Source of the DNA: Caldisericia bacterium
GTDB lineage: Bacteria > Caldisericota > Caldisericia > UBA6126 > JAGPKI01
Assembly (NCBI GenBank): GCA_018054005.1
Contig: JAGPKI010000002.1
Span: forward strand, 1-35,443
Length of the DNA stretch: 35,443 nt
Direction of reading: 5' to 3'
The notes beneath the pieces were generated by a model. The model searched no databases. It worked only from the letters and a program-made list of their open reading frames with translations, and had not been told where the DNA came from. The translations under genes were made by a program, and so were the position numbers. Every line of letters begins with the position of its first letter. Position 1 is the first letter of the stretch. This document shows positions 1-9,678 of this stretch, piece after piece.

Positions 1-231
1 TATTATCTGAGATCTATTATCTCTTTTACCTCTACTATATCCATATTTTGCTAATTCCTCTGTGCCATTACCTGCAAAAATACACTTGTTATGTCATATA
101 CAAGAATTACAAATGTATCCTTTTTGTCTTCTTTATAGAATTGGTCTATACATTTATATATTCTTTTCCATAAAACATCCATTACTCTGTAAATCTTGTT
201 TACCTCTAATTTTTTATTTTTCTATTATAAA
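1..231 (-). pseudogene. Remnant of an IS4/IS1634-like transposase gene (5'-truncated, frameshifted, runs off the window start)
   Basis: Minus-strand translation gives ...KDTFVILVYDITSVF (about 231->84). After a 1-nt frame change at a T5 run (plus-strand A5 at 76-80) it gives FAGNGTEELAKYGYSRGKRDNRSQII, open to the window edge. The pattern YDxTSxxF...GYS(K/R)xxRxxxxQ is what I recall from N-terminal regions of IS4/IS1634-group transposases. In-frame TAA TAG lies at 237-232, and there is no credible start. Confidence 0.3.
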
Positions 232-754
232 GAGAATTCTCTATAAATATTATTATATTGGTCGACATTTAAATAAATCTATAGGATTGAAACACTTATT
301 AATTGAGAAGTTTTAATTAATAAATTTGATAAAATGTGTGTAAAATGTGTGAAATTAAGATAAAATATAGATTTAATGTGCAATTTAAGCACTTACTAAA
401 AAATTCAAACAAAAAAACTAAATACATGATATTAAGATAAAAAGTATTGAGATAATACCATATACTCAATTCAAAAGAGCAGGTCTTTGTACTTTTTACA
501 AGATACCTTTCAAAGATATAGTTATATTCTAACAGAGAAATACTTTGGAAACATAAGAAATCTTTTCGTCCACCCTAAAAGGATTAAAGAAAACAAAAAA
601 GCATGAAGGAACTATGTCTAAAATTGACGTAATATTAAAAAAAATTGAATAAGATTTTCTCATTTTTCTACAAAATATTGAAATTTTTTGCAATTATTTT
701 CGAAATTTAATACTATTATTATTTGAGTTATGAAAAATTGCTTAATTTTTTGAT

Positions 755-1615
755 TTGAAAATTTTGGAGGAAAGTTTAGTGGTAAAAATTCTTAAAAAAG
801 ATATTTTAGCACCGACAATTAAACTTATGGAATTAGATGCACCATTGGTTGCTAATCATGCAAGAGCAGGTCAATTTGTCATTATTATAATAAATGAAAA
901 TGGAGAGAGAATACCTCTTACAATTGCAGATTTTGATAGGGACAAAGGAACAATTACAATTGTTTTTCAAGAAGTTGGTAAAACTACATTGGCATTGGGT
1001 TTGTTTAAAGAGGGCGAAGAAATAGCTCATTTAAATGGTCCTCTTGGTAAACCATCCCATATTGAAAATTTTGGTAATGTTGTAATTATTGGAGGCGGAG
1101 TTGGAATTGCTCCGATACATCCAATTTCGAGAGCCTTAAAAGAAGCTGGTAATAATGTTACAGCAATAATAGGAAGTAGAACAAAAGACCTTCTCTTTTG
1201 GGAAAGCAAAATAAAAAATGTATCTCATAAACTCATTGTAACAACTGATGATGGTACATATGGTTTACACGGATTTGTTACAGACCCTTTAAAAAAAATA
1301 ATTGAAGAGGAAAAAGTAGATAAAGTAATAGCAGTTGGTCCTATACCAATGATGAAGGCAGTTTCTGATGTAACTAAAGAAAAAAACATTCCTACAATTG
1401 TTAGTTTGAATTCATTAATGGTTTGCGGAATGGGGATGTGTGGTGCATGTAGAGTCAATGTATCAGACGAAACAAGATTTACTTGTTTTGAAGGACCAGA
1501 ATTTGATGGAGCCAGTGTAAACTTTGCTGAGCTCAGCGAGAGACTCAAAACATATTTGGATGAAGAAAAAATTGCACTAAATGAATTTAAGGAGAAATTA
1601 TTTAAAAATGGTTAA
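755..1615 (+). CDS. nfnA: NfnA/SudB-like ferredoxin-NADP(+) reductase-type subunit (FAD/NAD-binding, C-terminal 2Fe-2S)
   Basis: 286-aa ORF with a ferredoxin-reductase-type fold pattern (GQFVII, RIPLTIAD, GGGVGIAP) and a C-terminal Cys cluster CGMGMCGACRV...C. Its stop overlaps the start of a GltD-like partner (ATGGTTAA). The ORF-track TTG at 755 has no SD. GTG at 779 lies 8 nt after GGAGG (766-770) and is the likelier start. Confidence 0.85.
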   Translation: MKILEESLVVKILKKDILAPTIKLMELDAPLVANHARAGQFVIIIINENGERIPLTIADFDRDKGTITIVFQEVGKTTLALGLFKEGEEIAHLNGPLGKPSHIENFGNVVIIGGGVGIAPIHPISRALKEAGNNVTAIIGSRTKDLLFWESKIKNVSHKLIVTTDDGTYGLHGFVTDPLKKIIEEEKVDKVIAVGPIPMMKAVSDVTKEKNIPTIVSLNSLMVCGMGMCGACRVNVSDETRFTCFEGPEFDGASVNFAELSERLKTYLDEEKIALNEFKEKLFKNG

Positions 1616-3017
1616 CAAAATTTCAATTACAATGCCAGAACAAGATCCAAAAGAAAGGGTAAAAAACTTTAACGAAGTTGCTTTAGGTTATACTGAAGAA
1701 ATGGCAATTAATGAAGCAAAAAGATGTCTTAAATGTAAAAAGAAACCATGTGTTGAGGGTTGTCCTGTAAGTATTGATATACCTTCATTTATTCAAGCTA
1801 TAGCTGAAAGAAATTTTGAAAAAGCTATTGATATAATACATGATAAAAATTCTCTTCCACTTGTTACAGGTAGGGTTTGCCCTCAAGAGGAACAATGTCA
1901 GAAATTCTGTGCTCTACTAAGAGTAGGGGAAGCAGTTTCCATAGGAAGACTTGAAAGGTTTGTTGCTGATTGGGAGTTCGAAAAGAAAACAAAGGAAGGT
2001 ACTAAAAGTATTAATCTATCACATTCAAATGGTGTAAAAGTAGCTATTATTGGATCCGGTCCAGCTGGATTAACTTGTGCAGGAGATTTGTGTAAATTGG
2101 GGTATGATGTAACAATTTTTGAAGCTTTTCATAAAGGTGGAGGGGTTTTGGTTTATGGAATACCTGAATTTAGACTTCCCAAAAAAATAGTACAAGCAGA
2201 AATAGATAGCTTGATAAACCAAGGAGTGCATTTGGCAACAAATAATCTTATTGGTTCAGGTATTACTGTTAGTGAATTATTTGATGAAGGTTTTAAAGCC
2301 ATATTTATTGGTACTGGCGCTGGTTTACCCCAATTTATGGGAATAAATGGTGAAAATCTTGCCGGGATATACTCGGCAAATGAATTTTTAACTCGAGTAA
2401 ATTTAATGAAAGCCTACTTATTTCCAGATTTTGATACTCCTATAAAAAGAGGTAAAAATGTTGCCGTTATAGGTGGAGGTAATGTTGCAATGGATTCAGC
2501 CAGAACTGCTTTAAGATTAGGAGCAGAGCATGTTTATCTCATATATAGAAGAGGTAGAGAAGAAATGCCTGCAAGAGAAGAAGAAATAATACGTGCAGAA
2601 GAAGAAGGAATAGATTTTAATCTTCTAACGAATCCTGTAAAATATTTAGGAGATGATAAGGGTTTTGTAAAAGAGATGGAATGCATTAGAATGAAACTTG
2701 GTGAACCTGATTCTTCGGGAAGAAGAAGACCTTGTCCAATAGAGGGATCAAACTTTAAAATAATAGTTGATCAGGTCGTTGTAGCAATTGGAACAACTCC
2801 AAATCCTGTTTTAATACATTCCACTCCTGGACTTGAAACAAAAAAAAGAGGAGAAATAATTACTTCTGAAAATGGAGAAACTTCTATTAGGGGTATATAT
2901 GCTGGAGGAGATATAGTTACAGGTGCAGCTACAGTAATAACTGCAATGGGTGCAGGCAGGAAAGCAGCATTAGCTATAGATAAATTTTTAAAGGGTGAAT
3001 CAAGTCTTTTTAAATGA
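1608..3017 (+). CDS. nfnB: NfnB / glutamate synthase small-chain (GltD)-like NADPH-dependent oxidoreductase
   Basis: Fe-S Cys motifs CLKCKKKPCVEGCP and CPQEEQCQKFC, plus two dinucleotide-binding motifs (GSGPAGL, GGGNVAMD). ATG 1608 overlaps the nfnA stop; the ORF-track start at 1581 lies inside nfnA. Confidence 0.88.
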   Translation: MVNKISITMPEQDPKERVKNFNEVALGYTEEMAINEAKRCLKCKKKPCVEGCPVSIDIPSFIQAIAERNFEKAIDIIHDKNSLPLVTGRVCPQEEQCQKFCALLRVGEAVSIGRLERFVADWEFEKKTKEGTKSINLSHSNGVKVAIIGSGPAGLTCAGDLCKLGYDVTIFEAFHKGGGVLVYGIPEFRLPKKIVQAEIDSLINQGVHLATNNLIGSGITVSELFDEGFKAIFIGTGAGLPQFMGINGENLAGIYSANEFLTRVNLMKAYLFPDFDTPIKRGKNVAVIGGGNVAMDSARTALRLGAEHVYLIYRRGREEMPAREEEIIRAEEEGIDFNLLTNPVKYLGDDKGFVKEMECIRMKLGEPDSSGRRRPCPIEGSNFKIIVDQVVVAIGTTPNPVLIHSTPGLETKKRGEIITSENGETSIRGIYAGGDIVTGAATVITAMGAGRKAALAIDKFLKGESSLFK

Positions 3018-3067
3018 ATATATTTAAATATTTATAAAGCTTTATCTTACTATATTGTTTAAATATA

Positions 3068-3157
3068 TTATGGCATTTCTGCCATAATAAAGCATGAAAA
3101 TGATAACTTTAATCCTTTTCTTGTGCCTCTTATATAATCTTATATAACTGAACAATT
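3068..3157. repeat. Intergenic repeat element copy A with hairpin TTATGGCA-TTTC-TGCCATAA; inverted partner at 24622-24697
   Basis: The reverse complement aligns by eye to 24622-24697 at roughly 80% identity, apart from a 10-nt internal tandem duplication (TTATATAAGA x2) present only in copy A. Confidence 0.7.
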
Positions 3158-3359
3158 CAAATTCAATTTTTTTAAATTCAATCTATTTACTAAATATAAT
3201 TTTTGAGTAATACCGAGTTATTATTTTCGGAAGAAATTTTAGTATAATAAAATCCTAATTTGTTGTAAATAAATTGAAATAATGGTAAACTCTTACTGTT
3301 TATTTTTTTAATATTTATATTTAATATTTTGTTGCTATAAATGGAGGATATTAATATAT

Positions 3360-3689
3360 ATGAGTGAAAATTTAATTTATATAAATTCAAAAGAGGAATT
3401 TGTAAACAAAGTTTTAAATTCTAAAATACCGGTATTAGTGGATTTTTGGGCACCCTGGTGTGGTCCATGCAGAATGATTGCGCCAATATTTGAAGAATTA
3501 TCAAATGAATTTTCTGGTAAAATTAACTTTGCTAAAGTAAATACTGATGAAAATAGTGATCTGGCATATGAATATGGAATTATGAGTATTCCTACTTTAA
3601 TATTATTTAAAGAAGGAAAAGTAGTTGATAAAATAATTGGAGCTCTTCCAAAAGAAGACTTAAAATCATTTTTGGATAAATATATTTAA
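3360..3689 (+). CDS. trxA: Thioredoxin
   Basis: 109 aa with active site WCGPC and a typical thioredoxin length and layout. Confidence 0.95.
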   Translation: MSENLIYINSKEEFVNKVLNSKIPVLVDFWAPWCGPCRMIAPIFEELSNEFSGKINFAKVNTDENSDLAYEYGIMSIPTLILFKEGKVVDKIIGALPKEDLKSFLDKYI

Positions 3690-3708
3690 CAAACATTTCG
3701 CCTAAAAA

Positions 3709-4146
3709 ATGACCACTGAAAAAATAGCAGAAAATATTAAGAATTTTGTATCGAATTTGGGATATTTATCTCTGGATATGTCTATAAATAAAAGAAAAGA
3801 TTTTTATGAAATTAGTTTTGCTATTTTTAAAAAAGACGGTATTACCGTTGATGACTGCGAAAAAGTAACATTATCTGTTAGAGATTTCTTAACAATGATG
3901 ATTAATGAGGATTTCTCTCTTGATGTTTCTTCTCCCGGAGCAGAAAGAGTACTCAAAAATATTGATGAAGTTGAGATATTTAAAGATAGAAGAGCAAAAG
4001 TTATTTTAAAAGATGGAAATACTATTTTAGGAGTTCTTAAAGGTATAGACGAGAAAAAAGAAACTTTAACTCTTATAAATCCTGATGATAGCAAGTTGAT
4101 ACAGATTAATGTTTTTGATATAGCTAAGTGTAAGTTAGCACTCTAA
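3709..4146 (+). CDS. rimP: Ribosome maturation factor RimP
   Basis: 145 aa with a RimP-like SSPGAERVLK motif, in the conserved position directly upstream of nusA-infB. Confidence 0.85.
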   Translation: MTTEKIAENIKNFVSNLGYLSLDMSINKRKDFYEISFAIFKKDGITVDDCEKVTLSVRDFLTMMINEDFSLDVSSPGAERVLKNIDEVEIFKDRRAKVILKDGNTILGVLKGIDEKKETLTLINPDDSKLIQINVFDIAKCKLAL

Positions 4147-4155
4147 CGCGAGGTA

Positions 4156-5211
4156 TTGAAAGAGTTGTTAGCAGAAAATTTTTTTCAAGCAATTGATGAG
4201 CTTTGTAAGCTAAAAGAAGTTAAAAAGGAATTTTTATATGAAGCTGTTCAAACAGGGTTGCTTACTGCTTATAAAAAGGACTTTAATAATGCCGATAATG
4301 CCTCTGTTGTTATTGATGAAACAAATAAAGACATAAGTTTGATTCTTAAGAAAAAAGTTGTTAAAAAAGTAAAAGATCCAATTAAAGAAATATCTTTAGA
4401 AGAAGCAAAAAACATTAATCAAGAAGCTGAAATCGGCGACATAATAGATGTAAAAGAAACCTCTCCAATGTTTGGCAGAGTTGCAGCTGAAATTTGCAAA
4501 CATGTTATCAGTCAAAAACTAAGAGATGCTGAAGTAGAAACAGTTTATGAGGAATACATTAAAAAGGAACATGATATGATTTTAGGAGAAATAAGTAAAA
4601 TTTCTCCTACAAAAATAAATGTTATTCTAAAAAGAGCTGAGGGAATACTTCCGCTAGACGAACAAATAAAAAATGAAAAATATGTTATCGGCGGTAAATT
4701 ATATTTTTACATTGTAAGTGTTCAAAGAAGGCAGAAAGAACCAATAATAATTCTATCAAGGACACATCCACAACTATTAAAAAAGCTTATGGAATTAGAG
4801 ATTCCCGAATTAAAACAAGGAATAATTGAAGTGAGAGGAATAGTCCGAGAACCTGGAATCAGAGCAAAAGTTTCTGTAGTATCAAAAGATGAGAAAGTTG
4901 ACCCAGTTGGTACATGCATAGGCGCTAAAGGAACAAGAATTAATTCTGTTGGAAGTCATTTGAATAATGAAAAAATAGATGTAATACGCTGGAATGATGA
5001 TCCACGAATATATATTGCAAATGCATTAAGCCCTGCAAAAGTTTCACCCGAAATGGTAATAATCGATGAAGAAAATAGAATTGTTAATGTTACAGTTAAT
5101 AAAGATCAATTTTCGCTTGCAATTGGCAAGGGTGGTTCAAATGTTAAACTTGCAGCAAGACTAACAGGTTATAAAATAGATATTTCTCCGAAAGAGGACA
5201 CTGATAAGTGA
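4156..5211 (+). CDS. nusA: Transcription termination/antitermination factor NusA
   Basis: 351 aa with a NusA N-terminal domain, an S1-like segment and KH motifs (GxxG: IGAKGTRI, IGKGGSNVKLA). TTG start; sits in rimP-nusA-infB synteny. Confidence 0.93.
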   Translation: MKELLAENFFQAIDELCKLKEVKKEFLYEAVQTGLLTAYKKDFNNADNASVVIDETNKDISLILKKKVVKKVKDPIKEISLEEAKNINQEAEIGDIIDVKETSPMFGRVAAEICKHVISQKLRDAEVETVYEEYIKKEHDMILGEISKISPTKINVILKRAEGILPLDEQIKNEKYVIGGKLYFYIVSVQRRQKEPIIILSRTHPQLLKKLMELEIPELKQGIIEVRGIVREPGIRAKVSVVSKDEKVDPVGTCIGAKGTRINSVGSHLNNEKIDVIRWNDDPRIYIANALSPAKVSPEMVIIDEENRIVNVTVNKDQFSLAIGKGGSNVKLAARLTGYKIDISPKEDTDK

Positions 5212-7148
5212 AAAAAAAGATTAGAATTTATGAACTTGCAAAAGAATTAGATAAAACCTTTAATGAAATTAAAGATATTCTTGATGAGTTAAACGTTTCT
5301 GTAAAAAGCCCATTTTCAACCATTGATGAGGAAACAGCAGATGTAGTTAAGGAAATCTTTGAAGAAAATAAAAAAACAAGTAAAGGAAAAAAGGAAACAA
5401 AAGAAGAGGATAAATTAACTACTAAATTAGAAAAGAAAAAGGATTTAAAACAATTAGATTTTACTATTTCAAAGTTAAGCAAGCTATGCCAGGTAACAGA
5501 AAGAGAAATAGAACTTAAATTACTCAAATATGGTGTTGTAGTCGATTCATATGATAGCATTATACCTGATTTTGCTGCTAAAAATATTATTGAATTATAT
5601 AATATAAAATTAGAAGTTCCAATTAACGCACATATTGACTCTAAAACTTATGTAAAGAGAGCTCCGGTAATAACCGTTATGGGACATGTTGATCACGGCA
5701 AAACAACACTTTTAGATAATATTAGAAAAACTCGTATCGCAGAAAGAGAATTAGGCGGAATTACACAGAAAATAGGTGCTTATGTTGTAGAGTATTCTGG
5801 AAAAAAAATAGTATTTATAGATACACCTGGACATGAAGCTTTTACTGCGATGAGAGCAAAAGGAGCAGAAGTCACTGATATTGTTGTACTTGTGGTTGCA
5901 GCTGATGATGGTGTAAAAGATCAAACTATAGAAGCAATAGACCATGCAAAAGCTGCAAGGGTTCCTATAATTGTAGCCATAAATAAAATTGATAAACCAA
6001 ACGCAAATCCAGACCTTGTGAAGCAACAAATTTCTGACCATGGATTATTACCGGAAGAATGGGGTGGAGATACAATTTGCGTTAATATTTCTGCCAAAAA
6101 TGGAGCAGGGATAGAGGATCTTCTTGAAATGATTATATTAAAAGCAGAGCTCATGGACTTAAGAACAAATATTAAAGCGCCTTTTGCTGGAACAGTCATA
6201 GAATCATTTATGACTAAATCTTTTGGTGCTCAAATAACTTTAATTATACAGGTTGGACACTTAAGAGTTAGTGATACTATAGGTTGCGAAGATGGTACTT
6301 TCAAAGTAAGAGCTATGTGTGATACATTAGATAAACCTTTAAGATTGGCAGAGGCTCTAATACCTGTTAAAATTTCTGGTATACCATTTGTTGTTAGGCC
6401 AGGGACAGTGCTTATGGATATAGCATTACTTAACGCAAGAAGACTATCTCAAGAAAAAGTATCTACTAAAATGGATAGCCCCATACTTAAAACAAAACAA
6501 TTTACATCAGAAGAGGATTTTTTTGCTCAGGAAGAGAATAAGGAATCAATATTTAACCTTATGATAAAAGCTGATAGTGAAGGCACCTTAGATGCTGTAA
6601 ATGTTGCAATAAGCAGAATAAATGTTCCTGGTGTTACATTGAATATTCTTCATAAAGGCGTTGGTATGATAACGGATACCGATGTTCTTCTTGCAAGTGT
6701 TAGCAAGGCATTGATAGTAGGCTTCAATGTGACTACTAGTAATGAGGCAAGAAGAGAAGCTAAAATAAAAGATGTCGAGATAAGACTTTATAGGTTAATT
6801 TTCGATTTGATTGACGATGTAAGAAATATGGTTGAAGGTAAGTTAAAACCTAAAGAAGTTGAAAATATTCTTGGTACCGTAGAGGTTAAACAAACTTTTA
6901 AAATATCAAAGGTAGGAGTAATTGCTGGATGTATTGTACGAAGTGGAGTTGTACAAAGAGGTGCTCATGTAAGGATTATAAGAGATAGAAAGATAATAAC
7001 TGAGGCAAAAATTGATTCTTTGAAACGATTCAAAGAAGATGTTAAAGAAGTAAGAGAAGGTTTTGAATGTGGAATAGGGTTAGAAAATTATAATGATATA
7101 AAAGTTGGCGATATTTTTGAGGTTTACGAAAAGGTAACTAAAAAATGA
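5208..7148 (+). CDS. infB: Translation initiation factor IF-2
   Basis: 646 aa with GTPase motifs [20 protein letters not shown] and NKID. GTG start overlaps the nusA stop. Confidence 0.96.
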   Translation: MKKKIRIYELAKELDKTFNEIKDILDELNVSVKSPFSTIDEETADVVKEIFEENKKTSKGKKETKEEDKLTTKLEKKKDLKQLDFTISKLSKLCQVTEREIELKLLKYGVVVDSYDSIIPDFAAKNIIELYNIKLEVPINAHIDSKTYVKRAPVITVMGHVDHGKTTLLDNIRKTRIAERELGGITQKIGAYVVEYSGKKIVFIDTPGHEAFTAMRAKGAEVTDIVVLVVAADDGVKDQTIEAIDHAKAARVPIIVAINKIDKPNANPDLVKQQISDHGLLPEEWGGDTICVNISAKNGAGIEDLLEMIILKAELMDLRTNIKAPFAGTVIESFMTKSFGAQITLIIQVGHLRVSDTIGCEDGTFKVRAMCDTLDKPLRLAEALIPVKISGIPFVVRPGTVLMDIALLNARRLSQEKVSTKMDSPILKTKQFTSEEDFFAQEENKESIFNLMIKADSEGTLDAVNVAISRINVPGVTLNILHKGVGMITDTDVLLASVSKALIVGFNVTTSNEARREAKIKDVEIRLYRLIFDLIDDVRNMVEGKLKPKEVENILGTVEVKQTFKISKVGVIAGCIVRSGVVQRGAHVRIIRDRKIITEAKIDSLKRFKEDVKEVREGFECGIGLENYNDIKVGDIFEVYEKVTKK

Positions 7149-7426
7149 GTGTAGCACTTCTTTCAATCGAATTAAGGCTTCCATCATCTCACTCATTAAA
7201 AGATAAAAGAAGAATAATACAATCAATATTTGCTAAGGTTAAAAAAAATTTCAATGTAGCAATTGCTGAGCTTGATAGTCAAGATTTATGGCAAAAAGCT
7301 AATATTGAAATTGCGTCAGTTAATACTTCTTCTGGAGAATTGTGTAAAACTTTAAATCATGTAGTAGAATTTATCTATGATTTTCATGATGTTGAAGTTA
7401 TAGATTATAAGATAGAAAATCTATGA
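7145..7426 (+). CDS. DUF503 (YlxP-like) protein
   Basis: 93 aa with the LxLPxxxSLKDKRRI pattern typical of DUF503, in its usual position between infB and rbfA. 4-nt overlaps on both sides. Confidence 0.8.
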   Translation: MSVALLSIELRLPSSHSLKDKRRIIQSIFAKVKKNFNVAIAELDSQDLWQKANIEIASVNTSSGELCKTLNHVVEFIYDFHDVEVIDYKIENL

Positions 7427-7779
7427 ACAGAAAAAAAGATAGATTAGAGCACACAATAAGAACAATCATAAGTGATATCTTTTTAAAAGAGATTAGTGAT
7501 CCAAGAATTGGCTTTATTACTGTGAGCAGTTGTGAACTAAGTTCAGATTTAAAGCATGCCAAGATATTTGTGAGTATTTATGGTGATGAAAAAGAGAAAG
7601 AAAAAGGAATGAAAGGAGTTAAGTCAGCAACAAAATATATTCAAGAGTTATTATCAAAAAGAATTAGAGTAAAAAATATTCCTTTAATTGAATTTGTTCT
7701 TGACGAATCAATCGAAAAAGGTATTAAACTTACAAAGCTTATAGAAGAAATAGAAAAAAACGAACCGGAGACAGATTAG
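7423..7779 (+). CDS. rbfA: Ribosome-binding factor A
   Basis: 118 aa with an RbfA-like N-terminus (R..RL...I...IS.I...EI.DPR.G.ITV) and conserved synteny. Confidence 0.9.
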   Translation: MNRKKDRLEHTIRTIISDIFLKEISDPRIGFITVSSCELSSDLKHAKIFVSIYGDEKEKEKGMKGVKSATKYIQELLSKRIRVKNIPLIEFVLDESIEKGIKLTKLIEEIEKNEPETD

Positions 7780-8694
7780 GTGTTTGTGCTTTGCACTCAT
7801 CATGATCCTGATATAGATGGAGTGGGAGCTACTCTCGCATTATCAATTTACCTAAAAGAAAAAGGCCATGAAGTATTAACCATTTTGGAGAATTTTCCAG
7901 AATATATGCAATTCCTAAACGGAACTGAGAATATTAATTCTTTGAATGAGCTAAAATACTCCGATGATTTTTCAATTATAGCATTAGATTGCGCTTCAGA
8001 AGATAGAATATGGCCTAAAGATATATACAAGAAAGCAAAAAGAATAATAAATATTGATCATCATTCTGACAACACAAAGTTTGGCAATATAAATATTGTA
8101 AACTCTTATGTTTCTTCCACTGCTGAGCTAATTTATAGCATTTTTAAAGAAAATAAATGTGAACTAAACCTAAAAATATGTGAAAATATTTATGCTGGGA
8201 TACTTTTTGATACAGGGGGGTTTAGATATCAAAATACTAATTATGATACACTTCTTGCTGGTGCAGAGCTTTTACAAAAAGGAGTTAACGCAAATAGAAT
8301 TAGTGAGTTTGTATTTGATAGATGGAGCAAAAGTGGATTTAAAGCTTTAGAAATTACATTAAAAAATCTTGAATATTTTGGAGACAATAAGATTTTATTC
8401 TCTTTTATATCTAATAAAGAGATAGTTGAAGATGGTTTGAAAAATGAGGATTTTGAAGGTATTGTAGACATTTTAAGAAGCAACAGAGATGCAATTATTA
8501 TAATATTGCTCAGAGAAGTTGAAAAAAATATTTTTAAGGGAAGTTTGAGATCAAAAGGTGAAATTTCAATAAATCAAGTTGCCAAAAAATTTAATGGTGG
8601 TGGTCATCCACATGCTGCAGGATTTGAAATTAAATACAATGATGTTAATGCTTTAAAGAAAGAATTAATTAGAGAAATAATGATTCTTTTATAG
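7780..8694 (+). CDS. nrnA: DHH/DHHA1 phosphoesterase (NrnA-like oligoribonuclease/pAp phosphatase)
   Basis: DHH-family motifs HHDPDIDGVGA, DCAS, NIDHHSDN and DHHA1 GGGHPHAAG. GTG start immediately follows the rbfA stop. The N-terminus is short for the family. Confidence 0.85.
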   Translation: MFVLCTHHDPDIDGVGATLALSIYLKEKGHEVLTILENFPEYMQFLNGTENINSLNELKYSDDFSIIALDCASEDRIWPKDIYKKAKRIINIDHHSDNTKFGNINIVNSYVSSTAELIYSIFKENKCELNLKICENIYAGILFDTGGFRYQNTNYDTLLAGAELLQKGVNANRISEFVFDRWSKSGFKALEITLKNLEYFGDNKILFSFISNKEIVEDGLKNEDFEGIVDILRSNRDAIIIILLREVEKNIFKGSLRSKGEISINQVAKKFNGGGHPHAAGFEIKYNDVNALKKELIREIMILL

Positions 8695-8709
8695 AATTAT
8701 TAACCAGAA

Positions 8710-9678
8710 ATGAAAATAATAAATGCTCATGATGAAGCAAAAACTAATTTTAAGAATCTTTATGTTTCTGCTTGTATCGGTAATTTTGATGGTGTGCATA
8801 AAGGTCATCAAGAACTTATAGCAAAAACTGTTAAATCAGCAAAAGAAAATGATGGCATATCTATTGCAATCACATTTAATCATAATACAAAGATATTAAA
8901 TAATGAGAGGAAATTTCTAACCACGTTATATGAAAAAACATCTATTATTGAAACTCTTGGTATAGATTATGTATATCTAATAGATTTTCCAGATGGAATT
9001 TCTGAACTTTCGTCGTATGAATTTACAAAAAAATATTTGGTAGATACCTTAAGAATAAAAGAAATTTACATAGGAGAGAATTTTAGATTTGGCCATAAAA
9101 GGAGTGGTACCCCTGATAATCTCGTAGAATTTGGTAAAAGTTTTGGGTTTAAGACACATATTTTAAAATTAGTGACTCTGAGCGGAATGGTAGTAAGCAG
9201 CACAATTGCAAGAACAGCCGTAAATGAAGGAAGAGTTGACATTGGCATGAATCTATTAGGGTATCCATATTTTTTAAGAGGGGTGATTGGTAGAGGAAGA
9301 AATAGAGGAAAAAAATTTGTTTATCCGACCGCAAATTTATATAATATTGACGAACTAAAACTTATTCCAGGAGAAGGTGTTTATTCAACAATTGCAATAT
9401 TTGATAGATTAGAATATTTTTCTCTAACTAATATAGGACCCCAACCTACATTTCAAGATGAAAAAATGTCAATTGAGAGTTACATATTAGATTTCCAACG
9501 AGAAATTTATGGTAAAGATATTGCTTTACTATTTTTACGAAAGTTGAGAAATATAATTCATTTCAATAGCTCATATGAGCTTAAAAAACAGATTGAATCT
9601 GACAAATTGGAAGCATTAAAAGATTTTGAATCATATCTCAAAGATCCACATGTAAAAATGTTGAGTTGGCTTAGATAG
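8710..9678 (+). CDS. ribF: Bifunctional riboflavin kinase / FMN adenylyltransferase
   Basis: 322 aa with an N-terminal nucleotidyltransferase motif GNFDGVHKGH and a C-terminal riboflavin kinase segment (GRNRGKKFVYPTANL, IESYILDF). Confidence 0.92.
   Translation: MKIINAHDEAKTNFKNLYVSACIGNFDGVHKGHQELIAKTVKSAKENDGISIAITFNHNTKILNNERKFLTTLYEKTSIIETLGIDYVYLIDFPDGISELSSYEFTKKYLVDTLRIKEIYIGENFRFGHKRSGTPDNLVEFGKSFGFKTHILKLVTLSGMVVSSTIARTAVNEGRVDIGMNLLGYPYFLRGVIGRGRNRGKKFVYPTANLYNIDELKLIPGEGVYSTIAIFDRLEYFSLTNIGPQPTFQDEKMSIESYILDFQREIYGKDIALLFLRKLRNIIHFNSSYELKKQIESDKLEALKDFESYLKDPHVKMLSWLR

Noticed and set aside
62-316. 84-aa plus-strand ORF from the track
   Set aside because: The translation is low-complexity and rich in Ile, Leu, Tyr and Phe, as expected from AT-rich noncoding DNA. 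There is no RBS, and it overlaps the transposase remnant on the other strand.
3190-3390. 66-aa minus-strand ORF upstream of trxA
   Set aside because: Low-complexity translation that overlaps the trxA start region, with no RBS.
7780-8709. Absence of truB between rbfA and ribF, and the short N-terminus of nrnA
   Set aside because: Gene order after rbfA varies between phyla. A GTG start abutting the rbfA stop explains the short N-terminus. No anomaly can be demonstrated.
9631-9678. 48-nt convergent overlap of the ribF and ftsH 3' ends
   Set aside because: Both ORFs are well supported. The overlap only involves the non-conserved charged FtsH tail and is most simply compact gene packing. No separate function can be supported from sequence alone.
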